This document shows positions 1 through 9,279 of a stretch of DNA of 64,000 bases, piece by piece (within the stretch, counting starts at the first letter, position 1; the number at the start of each line of letters is the position of its first letter). This stretch comes from Synergistota bacterium. Its GTDB lineage: Bacteria; Synergistota; Synergistia; Synergistales; 79-D21. The position numbers and the translations under genes are program-made. The notes beneath the pieces are model-generated. The model was not told the DNA's origin. It saw only the letters and a list, made by a program, of their open reading frames with translations, and ran no database searches. The stretch spans positions 11,878-75,877 of the forward strand of contig JALHIN010000005.1 of assembly GCA_022839995.1 (NCBI GenBank). The letters run 5' to 3'.

Positions 1-144
1 CCGGTCCAGGTTTTCCTGCATGCGGGCCGAAGTCTCCCGGATTTCCCGGGCGGTTTCAGAGATCCGGCTATGGCAGAACAGGAGGCCGACTGCACCGATT
101 CCGAACAGGATCAGCAGGGTCAGGGTGTTGAATTCAAAGTTCAT
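1..144 (-). CDS. hypothetical small membrane protein, N-terminal 48 codons only (gene runs off the left edge)
   Basis: ATG at 144-142 with GGAGGAGG about 8 nt upstream. Translation MNFEFNTLTLLILFGIGAVGLLFCHSRISETAREIRETSARMQENLDR has one clear TM helix and stays open to position 1. Absent from the ORF track because it is truncated. Confidence 0.5.
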   Translation of the reverse strand, partial: MNFEFNTLTLLILFGIGAVGLLFCHSRISETAREIRETSARMQENLDR

Positions 145-212
145 AACCGATGCCTCCTCCACTCGAGGATTCGATTAGGAAATGATTTTTTTAGCAGCAC
201 ACCTATCATACC

Positions 213-1547
213 ATGCAGAATCGTTTTAGAAGCACTGTCAATCGTACAAGCGGATTGGAGGATTCTTCCTTGGACCGACTCCCTGGAGCAATACGGCTGC
301 ACGTTCTTTTCGGATTCCTCGTCACGGCCTACCTTCTCAGTTTCTTCTTCAGGGTCTCTGCAGCAGTGGTCCTGCCGAGACTGGCTTCCGAGATCGGGAT
401 GTCGGCCGCAATGACGGGCTTCATTTCCAGCCTCTACTACTACGCCTATGCTTTTGTCCAGCCGCTCTGCGGGTCCCTGAACGACCGCTGGGGGCCACTG
501 CGTGTGGTGGGTACCGGACTGGCCGTTACCGCGGCCGGTGCCTCCATCTTCATGTTTGCTTCAACCCCAGCGGCGCTCGCCGCGGGGCGCCTCCTGACCG
601 GCCTTGGGCTAGCCCCGATGTTTTCCGGCGCTCTCGTTTACCAGTCAACGGCCTTTTCTCCCCGTCGCTACGCTTTCTACTCATCCGTCACCATTGCGGC
701 GGGAAACCTGGGTGCGGTCATTTCGGTCGGGCCGCTCGGAGCTGCGATCGACCGGTGGGGCCGGGGGCCGGTGTTTCTGTTCCTGTCGGCCTTGAGCCTT
801 TTCATGGCAGGACTCCTGTTTCTGAATGCAAAAGCCGATCCCGTGAGGGGGGCGAACCGAGCTTCGCGCCTGCCTGAAACGCCGTTTTTCTCCCACCTGA
901 AGACGGGCTTCTCCACCCTGGCGGCTTCCAGGGAGTGCCGATGCCTGGCGACCCTCTGGGGGATTTCGGTCGCAGCCATGCTGGCCTTCCAGGGGCTCTG
1001 GTCCGTAACCTGGTACCAGACCGCCTACGGGGTCGAGGCCGGGGTCGCCCGGAACTGGGCCGGTGCGGTCGGCATCGGGATCATGGTGGGGACGCTCCTG
1101 GCCGGGCGCTTCTCCTCGGGCCCCGGCGGGCGGCTGAGGAGCATCGGGTGGGGATTGTCGATGAACCTCGGGGCCTGGACTGCGCTCTGGCTCGGGATCG
1201 TCCTGCGCCTTCCCCTGCCGGTGACCGGGAGCCTCGGTTGCCTTCTCGGCGGGGCCACCGGCTTCCTGGTCGTCCATTTCGCCTCCGCCCTGAACGAGAT
1301 GACCCCTCGCGAGAGGGCTGGATCCGTCCTGGGGGTGGTCAACATGCTGGTCATGGTGAGCGTGATCGCCTTCCAGTGGGGAACCGGTGCGATCCTGGGC
1401 CGGTTCCCAGGGTCCGGGGCCGCTCCTTCCTCCCCCCTCGGGTTTTCGGTGACGTTCGGGGTCGTGATCGCCCTGGTGGCGGCAAGCTCCATCGCTTTCA
1501 GGGGGATGCGGAATTTCCCGGAAGCGGTCAGGAGGGGATCGGAATGA
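213..1547 (+). CDS. MFS transporter
   Basis: 444-aa ORF with about 12 hydrophobic helices and MFS-like loop motifs (GSLNDRWGPLRV). The start is uncertain because there is no clear SD at 213. The stop overlaps the next start (ATGA). Confidence 0.85.
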   Translation: MQNRFRSTVNRTSGLEDSSLDRLPGAIRLHVLFGFLVTAYLLSFFFRVSAAVVLPRLASEIGMSAAMTGFISSLYYYAYAFVQPLCGSLNDRWGPLRVVGTGLAVTAAGASIFMFASTPAALAAGRLLTGLGLAPMFSGALVYQSTAFSPRRYAFYSSVTIAAGNLGAVISVGPLGAAIDRWGRGPVFLFLSALSLFMAGLLFLNAKADPVRGANRASRLPETPFFSHLKTGFSTLAASRECRCLATLWGISVAAMLAFQGLWSVTWYQTAYGVEAGVARNWAGAVGIGIMVGTLLAGRFSSGPGGRLRSIGWGLSMNLGAWTALWLGIVLRLPLPVTGSLGCLLGGATGFLVVHFASALNEMTPRERAGSVLGVVNMLVMVSVIAFQWGTGAILGRFPGSGAAPSSPLGFSVTFGVVIALVAASSIAFRGMRNFPEAVRRGSE

Positions 1548-2860
1548 AAAAAAGGGCGTTGCTGCTGGCCCTGGTGGTCGCGTGTTCTCTTTTCGCACCG
1601 GCCGATGCCGGGGTGATCCGTTCGGAAAAGGCGGACGAGTGGGGCGGGATGGCCGGCCTGGGGAAAAAGTCCTTCCGCTTCGTGGTTTTTGGAGACACCC
1701 AGCCCCTGGGGCCGGGTCGAAGCCTCTCTCCTCTCTTGGAAAGGCTCCTTCGGGAAATTTCCTGGCTGGGGCCGGATTTCGTCATCCACCTGGGGGACGG
1801 TATCTCGGGCTACGGGGATTCCCTCGAGGAGGCCCGGCAGGAGTTTGCCGCGCTGAAAGAGAAGATCGACCGGCTTCTCCCGGGGATCCCGGTCCTGGCC
1901 GTCCCGGGCAACCATGACCAGGCAACGCCGGGGGCTCTGGCGGCCTACCAGGAAACCTTCGGTTCGCTGCTATACTATGATTTCCCTTACGGAAGCGCTC
2001 GGTTCGTTGTCCTCAACGGGAATTTCCCGGCATGGATGGCCCCCAGGGGGAAGGATTTCGGTTTCTTCAACCTCAACGACGGCATGCACGTGCTGCCGAT
2101 GGCCGACTGGACCCGGGAAGCCTTCAGCCGGGGAGGGAAGATGCTGTTCGTCTTCCTCCACACGCCGCCTTACCCGGCGTATACTCCTCCCCCCGGCAAC
2201 GGAACCCACGGTTTCCTCACGCAAGCCAACCGGGACGCTTTCGTGGCCCTACTCCCAAAAGGGAGGACGAAAGCGGTTTTCTCAGGACACGAGCACCTCT
2301 TTTACGTGGAAGAGCACGAGGGCATCAAGTTTTTCACGGTCGGCACCGGCGGGGGTCCCCTTTCGGGCCCCGTGACGGGTCCTGCCGGGGTGAATGCGGG
2401 AATCCCGCCAAAGTTCAACATCTTGAAAGGAGATCCCGAGGTCGACCAAGGCGGCGGGCGTCCGAAAGGGCTTTTCAGGTCCGGGGCCCTGGGGATTTTC
2501 GGATTCCTGCTTGTCAAGGTGGAAGGAGACCGGCTTGCCTATGATTTTGTCGTTCCGTTCACCTTGGAGGTGGAGTACCCCGAGGGGAACGACGGGATCT
2601 CGCCCCGGTCGAGGGCCGTCCTGGAAAACCGGAGCCGATTGACGCAGGTGATGAAAGGAGTCACCTTCCTGATGCCCGCTTCTCCCGCCGGTTACAGCCT
2701 GAAGGCCACGGCCAGGAACGGGGATCGAACGGCGGTCGAAATCGGGCCGGCCCCGGAAATCCTGGAAGCCACACCCGCGGCCCCCGGGAAGACCCTGGTC
2801 CGTGTCCAGGCGACGGTTCCTCCCTCAATGGCAATCGACCTCGAGATTGAGGCAAGGTAG
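1544..2860 (+). CDS. secreted calcineurin-like metallophosphoesterase with a C-terminal extra domain
   Basis: MKKRALLLALVVACSLFAPADA signal peptide. Metallophosphoesterase motifs are present: FVVFGDTQP, HLGDGIS, VPGNHD, GHEH. The 935 start in the ORF track is a spurious extension across the MFS gene. Confidence 0.85.
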   Translation: MKKRALLLALVVACSLFAPADAGVIRSEKADEWGGMAGLGKKSFRFVVFGDTQPLGPGRSLSPLLERLLREISWLGPDFVIHLGDGISGYGDSLEEARQEFAALKEKIDRLLPGIPVLAVPGNHDQATPGALAAYQETFGSLLYYDFPYGSARFVVLNGNFPAWMAPRGKDFGFFNLNDGMHVLPMADWTREAFSRGGKMLFVFLHTPPYPAYTPPPGNGTHGFLTQANRDAFVALLPKGRTKAVFSGHEHLFYVEEHEGIKFFTVGTGGGPLSGPVTGPAGVNAGIPPKFNILKGDPEVDQGGGRPKGLFRSGALGIFGFLLVKVEGDRLAYDFVVPFTLEVEYPEGNDGISPRSRAVLENRSRLTQVMKGVTFLMPASPAGYSLKATARNGDRTAVEIGPAPEILEATPAAPGKTLVRVQATVPPSMAIDLEIEAR

Positions 2861-2862
2861 AC

Positions 2863-2888
2863 GCAGAGGCCCCCAAGGGGGCCTCTGC
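2863..2888. terminator. GC-rich perfect hairpin after the phosphoesterase gene (no clear U-tract)
   Basis: gcagaggccccc / gggggcctctgc inverted repeat immediately after the stop at 2860. There is no T-run on either side, so terminator function is uncertain. Confidence 0.4.
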
Positions 2889-3229
2889 TCCATAAGCCAG
2901 GCTCTCGCGGGCGGGTCTTATGCTCCTCCGGGAACTGCCGGCCGCGCGAGGCGGGCATGAAAACCGGGGTTAAAAGGATAGGCCCGGAAAAGCGCTTTTC
3001 AGGACTTGCTCCAGGGTGACATCCCGGCGAAGTTCTGGATGCTGCTGCGCCAGGTCGCCGTCGCAAAGGTGTTCGATCTGGCTCTCGGAAAGGAAATGAG
3101 GATATGAACCGGTTCGCTTGCCAGGGGCAAAGGGCACTCTTGTCATGGAGCAGGCCTCCCTCGGGAAAGGATAACGGAATGAAGCTTTCCAAGGGAAATG
3201 ATGACAGAAAGAATCCATTTTGTCAACTG

Positions 3230-3952
3230 TCAGTTTTCTTTTCCGGAAATTCCGTGGGTCCGGATTTCCTCCAGCTGCTCCAGGGCCTCTCCCAGGTGGC
3301 GCCGCAGGGCGGCCATGGCTCCTTCCGAATCTCCCCTGGCGATCGAATCGACGAGAAGTTCGTGTTCGTGAAGGATCTTCCCGGACATGCCCGAATACCG
3401 CAACAGCAGGCTGCGGCTTTTGACGATCTGCCTTTCCATCGTCGAGGTCAACCCTTCGTAAACGCGCGTGAGGACGGGGTTATGGGCGGCCCCGACGACG
3501 AGGGCATGGAGGAGGGAATCCCAGTAGGCTCCGGAGGAGGCCCCCCCATCGGAGGCGGTATGGACTTCCCGGAGGTGGGCAACGCACCTTTGCATCTGCT
3601 CGAGTTCGCGTTCCGTCCTTCTCCGGGCCGCTAGCCCGGCTGCCGGCACTTCCATCACCAGGCGCATTTCCATGAGGTGCACCAGGAGTTCTTCGGGCCA
3701 AAGGCTCAGTGTTTTCAGGCTGACCGCGAAATCCTCCCCTTGCGGGGCCCGGACGAAAATACCCTGGCGCTCCCGGACTTCAAGGACCCCAAGAGCTTCC
3801 AGCGTGATGACGGCTTCCCGGAGAAGGGTCCGGCTGACCCCCAGTTCGCGGGCCAGGTCCCGTTCCGGAGGAAGCCGGCCACCCTTCAAACGCTCCGGTT
3901 CTTCGATCCACTTGGAAAGCTTTCGAACGACTGCCTCCCGCTTGTTCTCCAT
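3230..3952 (-). CDS. GntR-family (FadR/FCD-type) transcriptional regulator
   Basis: 240 aa from MENKREAVV. N-terminal winged HTH (ERDLARELGVSRTLLREAVITLEALGVL) followed by an all-helical FCD-like C-terminal domain. Only the last 240 codons of the 749-aa track ORF are credible. Confidence 0.85.
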   Translation of the reverse strand: MENKREAVVRKLSKWIEEPERLKGGRLPPERDLARELGVSRTLLREAVITLEALGVLEVRERQGIFVRAPQGEDFAVSLKTLSLWPEELLVHLMEMRLVMEVPAAGLAARRRTERELEQMQRCVAHLREVHTASDGGASSGAYWDSLLHALVVGAAHNPVLTRVYEGLTSTMERQIVKSRSLLLRYSGMSGKILHEHELLVDSIARGDSEGAMAALRRHLGEALEQLEEIRTHGISGKEN

Positions 3953-4043
3953 CCCGCCCCGATTCCCCTTTCGTTCATTAAAAGACAACCGTTGGTTCCC
4001 CTTTTCAGTTTCATGGACCCATGATAAACTATAGGTCAGATTT

Positions 4044-4067
4044 TTGGTAGGTCCTTGGTAGGACCAA
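4044..4067. promoter_or_regulatory. putative GntR/FadR-type operator
   Basis: TTGGTAGGTCC followed directly by the perfect palindrome TTGGT-AGG-ACCAA (4055-4067). It lies 20 nt upstream of the dctP start in the regulator/dctP divergent region. This matches the general tnGTnnnACna FadR-subfamily operator pattern. Confidence 0.45.
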
Positions 4068-4087
4068 TATTGAGGAGGTGTGCAGGA

Positions 4088-5056
4088 ATGAAAAAGTGTT
4101 TTTCCGTTTTCCTGGTGGCACTGTTCCTGGTTTCCATGGCTGCTTCCGCGTTCGCTATGGAAATCAAGCTGGCACACGTCGTGAACGAGAAGGACTCGTT
4201 CCACCTGGCTGCAGAGAAATTCAAGGCTCTCACCGAGAAATACACGAACGGTTCGGTGAAGGTGACGATTTTTCCCAACGCCAAGCTCGGAGACGAAAGG
4301 ACCTTGCTGGAGCGTATGAAGATGGGCATCGTCGACGCAGGGATCATCACGAACGGTCCCATCATCAACTTCGTTCCCCGTTTCGGGGCCATCGACCTGC
4401 CTTTCCTGTTCCGGAGCCCTGAACACGCCTACAAGGTCCTCGACGGGCCCATCGGTCAGGGGCTCTTCGCCGAACTGGAGAAGCAGGGATGGAAAGGGTT
4501 GGCCTGGGCCGAGCGCGGTTTCCGCAACCTGACGAACAGCAAGCGGCCTGTCAACTCTCCGGACGACATCAAGGGGCTGAAGATCCGCGTCATGCAGAAC
4601 CCGGTCTATGTCGATTCCTTCAAGGCCCTCGGCGCCAACGCGGTGCCCATGGCCTGGACGGAAGCTCTCACGGCCCTCCAGCAGGGAACGATCGACGGCC
4701 AGGAGAACCCCCTGAACGTCATCGTCGCCTTCAAGCTCAACGAAAGCCAAAAATACATGGCCATCACGCGTCACGCCTATGCCCCGGCCCCGATCCTCAT
4801 GAGCATGGTCACCTGGAAGAAGCTCAGTGCCGACCAGCAGAAGGCCGTCCTGAAGGCCGCCCAGGAAGCTGCGGTTTACGAGCGGTCCTTCAACAACGCC
4901 AGCGAAAAATTGTGGATCCAGGAGCTGGAGGGTAAGGGCATGAAGGTCACCACTCCGGACCTGAAGCCGTTCCTTGCCGCAGTGAAGCCGGTTTATGACA
5001 CGTATACCCCGAAGTTCGGGAAGGATTTCATCGCGGCCATCCAGAACACCAAGTAG
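4088..5056 (+). CDS. dctP: TRAP transporter substrate-binding protein (DctP family)
   Basis: MKKCFSVFLVALFLVSMAASAFA signal peptide followed by a typical DctP-family sequence (IKLAHVVNEKDSFH..., FPNAKLGDERTLLERMKMGIVD). GAGGAGG SD 9 nt upstream of the ATG at 4088. Confidence 0.9.
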   Translation: MKKCFSVFLVALFLVSMAASAFAMEIKLAHVVNEKDSFHLAAEKFKALTEKYTNGSVKVTIFPNAKLGDERTLLERMKMGIVDAGIITNGPIINFVPRFGAIDLPFLFRSPEHAYKVLDGPIGQGLFAELEKQGWKGLAWAERGFRNLTNSKRPVNSPDDIKGLKIRVMQNPVYVDSFKALGANAVPMAWTEALTALQQGTIDGQENPLNVIVAFKLNESQKYMAITRHAYAPAPILMSMVTWKKLSADQQKAVLKAAQEAAVYERSFNNASEKLWIQELEGKGMKVTTPDLKPFLAAVKPVYDTYTPKFGKDFIAAIQNTK

Positions 5057-5066
5057 GTGAAAACCC

Positions 5067-5576
5067 TTGAATCGGACCGGGCAGGAGGAGGGGGCTTCCC
5101 GCCCCCTCCTGCAAATTCTCAGTGATTCGGTGAACCGGCTAAGCGAACGCCTTCTGTTCTTCCTGATGCTCCTGATGATCGGCGTGACGACGGCCCAGGT
5201 GTTCTTCCGGTTCTTTTTCGAGGCCCTCACCTGGTCGGAGGAACTCTCCTGCTTCCTGCTCGTCCTGGCCTCCCTCCTTGGTGCGGCCGTCGCCTTCAAG
5301 CGCGGCAGCCACATCGCGGTGAGTTTCGTGACGCAGAAGCTCTCTCCGGTCCTGCAGAAAGGGGTGGCGGTCCTGGTCAACCTTCTCGGGATCCTCTTTT
5401 TCGCCATCGTGGCAGGGTACGGGGCGGTCCTCATGAAGACCGAGGCGAGCCAGACGACGCCTGCCATGATGATTTCCATGTCCTGGATCTACGCGATGTA
5501 CCCGGTCCTGGGGGCGGTCATCATCCTTCACCTGGCTGCCGGGATTGGCGAGATTCTGAAGGGAGGACGTTCCTGA
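5067..5576 (+). CDS. dctQ: TRAP transporter small permease (DctQ family)
   Basis: 169 aa with four hydrophobic helices, positioned between dctP and dctM. TTG start with AGGTGA SD. Confidence 0.8.
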   Translation: MNRTGQEEGASRPLLQILSDSVNRLSERLLFFLMLLMIGVTTAQVFFRFFFEALTWSEELSCFLLVLASLLGAAVAFKRGSHIAVSFVTQKLSPVLQKGVAVLVNLLGILFFAIVAGYGAVLMKTEASQTTPAMMISMSWIYAMYPVLGAVIILHLAAGIGEILKGGRS

Positions 5577-6859
5577 TGGGCTGGGTCATCTTCGGATCCT
5601 TCTTCCTCCTGATGCTCATCGGGGTTCCCATCGGCCTTTCCATCGGGCTCGCGGCTCTCGTCGTCTTCCTGGCGAGCGGGATTCCCCTCCAGATGGTTCC
5701 ACAGACGCTCCTGGAGGGGAACAATTCCTTCGCCCTCGTGGCGGTTCCCTTTTTCGTCCTGGCTGGAGACATCCTCGCGAGGGGCGGGATTTCCGAACGC
5801 ATCGTCGCGTTCGCGGAAGCCACGCTGGGCAGGATCCGCGGAGGTCTTTCCATCGTCTCGGTGCTGGCGTCCATGTTCATCGCTGCGATCTCCGGCTCCG
5901 GGGCGGCCACGACGGCTGCCGTCGGATCGGCGCTTTTGCCCGAACTCAAAACGAAAAAATACGACGTCGATTTTTCTGCTGCCCTCATTGCCTCGGCGGG
6001 AACGATCGGGGTGGTCATCCCTCCCAGCGTCCCGATGGTCTTGTACGCGGTCATCGCGGGAGAATCCGTGGCAAAGCTTTTCATGGCCGGGTTCATCCCC
6101 GGCGCCCTCATGGGAGGCGGGCTCATCGCCTATGCCCTCTGGATCGCGAACAGGCGCGGTTACCCGGCCGGTGAAAGACTTCCCGGGGCGGAAGTCGGCC
6201 GGCGCTTTGTGTCCGCCCTGTGGGGGCTCATGACCCCCGTCATCATCCTTGGCGGGATCTTCACGGGGGTCTTCACTCCGTCCGAGGCGGCGGCCATCGC
6301 CGTGGACTACACGCTCCTTGTCGCCTGGCTGGTCTACAGGTCGCTGGATTTCAGGAAGTTCTACGAACTCGTGGTCAACGCGGGTGTCACCTCCGCCCTG
6401 ATCATGTTCATCATCGCCACGGCGAAGCTGTTCGGCTGGGGGCTGGCGTTCTACCAGATCCCGGAGGCCATCGCGAAGACCCTCATGTCCGTCGCGGGCA
6501 ACAACACGTTCATGATTTACCTGATGATCAACGTGATCATCCTTCTCGCCGGGATGTTCATGGAGACCGCCTCGGCGCTGATCATCCTCACGCCGATCTT
6601 CCTGCCTGCGATCCTCGGGATCGGGGGGAACCTCATCCATTTCGGCCTTCTCATCACGATCGGCCTCGCGATCGGGATGGCCACGCCGCCCGTTGCGATC
6701 GACATCTACGTGGCCAGCGCGATCACCGGGCTTTCCATGGAAGAGATCAGCAAGCCGATCGTCCCCATGGTCCTGATCCTGGTGGCGGTGCTTCTCCTCT
6801 GCACCTACGTTCCCTCGCTCGTCCTGGTGCTGCCTCGCCTGTTCATGGCGGGGGTCTGA
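5576..6859 (+). CDS. dctM: TRAP transporter large permease (DctM family)
   Basis: 427-aa polytopic membrane protein. The start overlaps the dctQ stop. DctM-like sequence throughout. Confidence 0.9.
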   Translation: MGWVIFGSFFLLMLIGVPIGLSIGLAALVVFLASGIPLQMVPQTLLEGNNSFALVAVPFFVLAGDILARGGISERIVAFAEATLGRIRGGLSIVSVLASMFIAAISGSGAATTAAVGSALLPELKTKKYDVDFSAALIASAGTIGVVIPPSVPMVLYAVIAGESVAKLFMAGFIPGALMGGGLIAYALWIANRRGYPAGERLPGAEVGRRFVSALWGLMTPVIILGGIFTGVFTPSEAAAIAVDYTLLVAWLVYRSLDFRKFYELVVNAGVTSALIMFIIATAKLFGWGLAFYQIPEAIAKTLMSVAGNNTFMIYLMINVIILLAGMFMETASALIILTPIFLPAILGIGGNLIHFGLLITIGLAIGMATPPVAIDIYVASAITGLSMEEISKPIVPMVLILVAVLLLCTYVPSLVLVLPRLFMAGV

Positions 6860-6886
6860 CCCTTGAGAAAGGAAGTGTGAAAGTCA

Positions 6887-8557
6887 ATGCGTAGCGACAG
6901 CGCAAAGAAAGGCATCGAAAGAGCCCCTCACCGTTCCCTCATGAAGGCTTCCGGCTACACCGACTGGGAGATCGAACGCCCCTGGGTCGGCGTGGTCAAC
7001 GCCTACAACGCGATCATTCCCGGGCACGTCCACCTGAACCGCCTGGCTGCCGCCGTGAAGGCCGGCGTCTACTCTGCCGGGGGATTGCCCATCGAGTTTC
7101 CCGTTATCGGCGTTTGCGACGGTATCGCCATGAACCACGCCGGGATGAAGTTCTCCCTCCCGAGCCGTGAGCTGATCATGGATTCCATCGAGGTCATGGC
7201 GCAGGGGCACGCCCTGGACGCCCTCGTCATGGTGACGAACTGCGACAAGATCATCCCGGGCATGGCCATGGCCGCCGCCCGGCTGAACATTCCCACCGTG
7301 GTTATCAGCGGGGGGCCCATGATGGCGGGCATCCTGAAGGGGCGCGATGTAGACCTCAACACCGTCTTTGAAACGGTCGGCAAGTGCATCGCCGGTAGCG
7401 CCACCGAGGAAGAGCTGATGGAGGTGGAAAACGTGGCCTGCCCGGGCTGCGGATCCTGCGCGGGGATGTTCACCGCCAACACGATGAACTGCATGATGGA
7501 AGCCCTGGGGCTGGCCCTTCCCGGCAACGGCACGATTCCGGCCGTCATGGCCGAGCGGGAGCGCCTGGCGAAGGACGCGGGGCGCGCGATCATGGCCCTC
7601 CTCGAGAAGAACATCCGTCCCCGTGACATCCTCACGATGGAAGCCTTCGAAAACGCCGTCGCGGTCGACCTCGCCCTGGGCGGATCCACGAATACTGCCC
7701 TTCACCTGCCGGCGATCGCCCATGCAGCCGGGCTTGAACTGCCCCTGGATCTCTTCAACACCATCGGGCAGGAGGTTCCCCACCTCTGCAGCATGAGCCC
7801 GGCGGGACCCCACCACATCCAGGATCTCTATCGCGCAGGCGGGGTCCAGGCCGTGATGGCCAGGCTTTCCGAAAAAGGCCTCATCAAGGGGGGCTGCATC
7901 ACTGTCACGGGGCGGACCGTCTCGGAAAACCTCAGCAAGGTATCGGTGCGAGACGAGACCGTGATCCGGCCGCTTGAGAACCCTTACCACGCCCAGGGGG
8001 GGTTGGCCTTCATCAAAGGCTCCCTCGCTCCTGGCGGCGGCATCGTCAAGCAGTCCGCCGTGGCGGAGGAGATGCTTCGGCACAAGGGGCCGGCCCGGGT
8101 CTTTGACGGCGAGGAAGCGGCCTTCAAGGCGATCCGCGGCCAGCAGATCAGGCCCGGTGACGTGGTGGTGATTCGCTACGAAGGGCCGAAGGGCGGTCCC
8201 GGGATGCGGGAAATGCTGACCCCCACTTCTTCCCTGGCCGGCATGGGGCTGGACAAGTCGGTCGCTCTCATCACGGATGGACGATTCTCCGGCGCAAGCC
8301 GGGGTGCCGCCATCGGCCACGTCTCGCCGGAGGCGGCTGCTGGAGGGCCCATCGCCCTGGTCCGAGAAGGGGACATCATTTCGATAGACATCCCCGGGAA
8401 AAGGCTGGACCTTCTGGTCGACGAGGCGGAGCTCGAGCGCAGGAAAGCCGAATGGAAACCCTGGGCGCAGCCGGTCGAAAGTGCGTTCCTCAACCGTTAC
8501 AGGGCATTTGTCACCTCGGGGGTCACGGGCGCGGTCCTGGAGGAAGGTCGAAAATAG
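6887..8557 (+). CDS. ilvD: dihydroxy-acid dehydratase (IlvD/Edd family)
   Basis: 556 aa. N-terminus [24 protein letters not shown], plus [21 protein letters not shown] and [19 protein letters not shown] motifs typical of short-form IlvD. Only 27 nt after dctM. Confidence 0.88.
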   Translation: MRSDSAKKGIERAPHRSLMKASGYTDWEIERPWVGVVNAYNAIIPGHVHLNRLAAAVKAGVYSAGGLPIEFPVIGVCDGIAMNHAGMKFSLPSRELIMDSIEVMAQGHALDALVMVTNCDKIIPGMAMAAARLNIPTVVISGGPMMAGILKGRDVDLNTVFETVGKCIAGSATEEELMEVENVACPGCGSCAGMFTANTMNCMMEALGLALPGNGTIPAVMAERERLAKDAGRAIMALLEKNIRPRDILTMEAFENAVAVDLALGGSTNTALHLPAIAHAAGLELPLDLFNTIGQEVPHLCSMSPAGPHHIQDLYRAGGVQAVMARLSEKGLIKGGCITVTGRTVSENLSKVSVRDETVIRPLENPYHAQGGLAFIKGSLAPGGGIVKQSAVAEEMLRHKGPARVFDGEEAAFKAIRGQQIRPGDVVVIRYEGPKGGPGMREMLTPTSSLAGMGLDKSVALITDGRFSGASRGAAIGHVSPEAAAGGPIALVREGDIISIDIPGKRLDLLVDEAELERRKAEWKPWAQPVESAFLNRYRAFVTSGVTGAVLEEGRK

Positions 8558-8575
8558 CGGGGCGAAGGAGACCGG

Positions 8576-8606
8576 GAGGGGCCGCCGAGGCGGCCCCTCC
8601 TTTTTT
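8576..8606 (+). terminator. rho-independent terminator after ilvD
   Basis: gaggggccg-ccgagg-cggcccctc hairpin followed by TTTTTT. Confidence 0.8.
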
Positions 8607-8630
8607 GTTTGCCCTGGAGGGTCGCTTACA

Positions 8631-9209
8631 ATGAATTGGAGAAGCCGGGAGGTGGTTCGCTTGGAGGGTTCGGAAAGGAGAACGCCGGTGCTGGAGAAGG
8701 GCCTGCTGCAGGTCTACACGGGAAACGGCAAGGGGAAGACCACCGCAGCGTTGGGATTGGCCCTCCGGATGTCCGGACACGGGGGGCGCGTGGCGGTCAT
8801 CCAGTTCATGAAAGGCTGGGACTTTTACGGGGAGATCGAGGCCCTGAAAAGGATCCCGGGTTTGCGTCACGAGAGGACAGGGACCCCGGATTATGTCCGG
8901 CGCGGGCAGGAAAGCCCGGTCGACCGAAGCGAGGCGAAGAGGGGCCTGGATTTGGCGCGGGAATGCCTGGGCGGGGAGTTCGACCTGGTGGTGCTGGATG
9001 AGCTGAACGTCGTCCTGGACTTTGGCCTCCTGGAGCTGGAACCGGTCATGGAGCTGCTTCGGTCGCGCCCTCCCCACGTGGAAGTACTCGTCACCGGCAG
9101 GGGGGCACCGCAGGCTCTCCTGGAAGCTGCCGACCTCGTGACCGAGATGAGGGAGGTCCGCCATCCCTACACAAAGGGGGTTGTTTCCAGGCGGGGGATC
9201 GATTACTGA
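8631..9209 (+). CDS. cobO: cob(I)yrinic acid a,c-diamide adenosyltransferase (CobO/BtuR type)
   Basis: LQVYTGNGKGKTTAALGLALR P-loop, IQFMKG and VLDE motifs. The start is taken at ATG 8631, downstream of the terminator. The track start at 8481 overlaps ilvD. Confidence 0.8.
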   Translation: MNWRSREVVRLEGSERRTPVLEKGLLQVYTGNGKGKTTAALGLALRMSGHGGRVAVIQFMKGWDFYGEIEALKRIPGLRHERTGTPDYVRRGQESPVDRSEAKRGLDLARECLGGEFDLVVLDELNVVLDFGLLELEPVMELLRSRPPHVEVLVTGRGAPQALLEAADLVTEMREVRHPYTKGVVSRRGIDY

Positions 9210-9236
9210 AGCGAAAAACGCCGTGGGAGAAAAGGG

Positions 9237-9261
9237 GGGGAACCGGCTGAGCCGGTTCCCC
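9237..9261. terminator. hairpin between convergent cobO and tctA
   Basis: ggggaaccggc-tga-gccggttcccc. On the minus strand it is followed by a CCCTTTTCTCCC pyrimidine/U-rich run. Confidence 0.55.
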
Positions 9262-9279
9262 CACAACCTTTGTGAAACG

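Noticed and set aside
2970-3218. 82-aa minus-strand ORF just downstream of the GntR regulator.
   Set aside because: It has no SD, weaker GC3 bias than neighbouring genes and no recognisable motif. It may be a small gene, but I cannot support it.
3230-5479. 749-aa minus-strand ORF spanning the GntR gene and running antisense through dctP and dctQ.
   Set aside because: Only the last 240 codons (3230-3952) look like a protein (a GntR/FCD regulator) and have an ATG start. The rest is low-complexity, Arg/Gly/Pro-rich shadow reading antisense to well-supported TRAP genes.
6884-8320. 478-aa minus-strand ORF, plus other 300-400-aa antisense ORFs (for example 5528..6640, 39654..40811 and 47395..48435).
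   Set aside because: All lie antisense to strongly supported genes (ilvD, dctM, serC, grdE-like) and have shadow-ORF composition.
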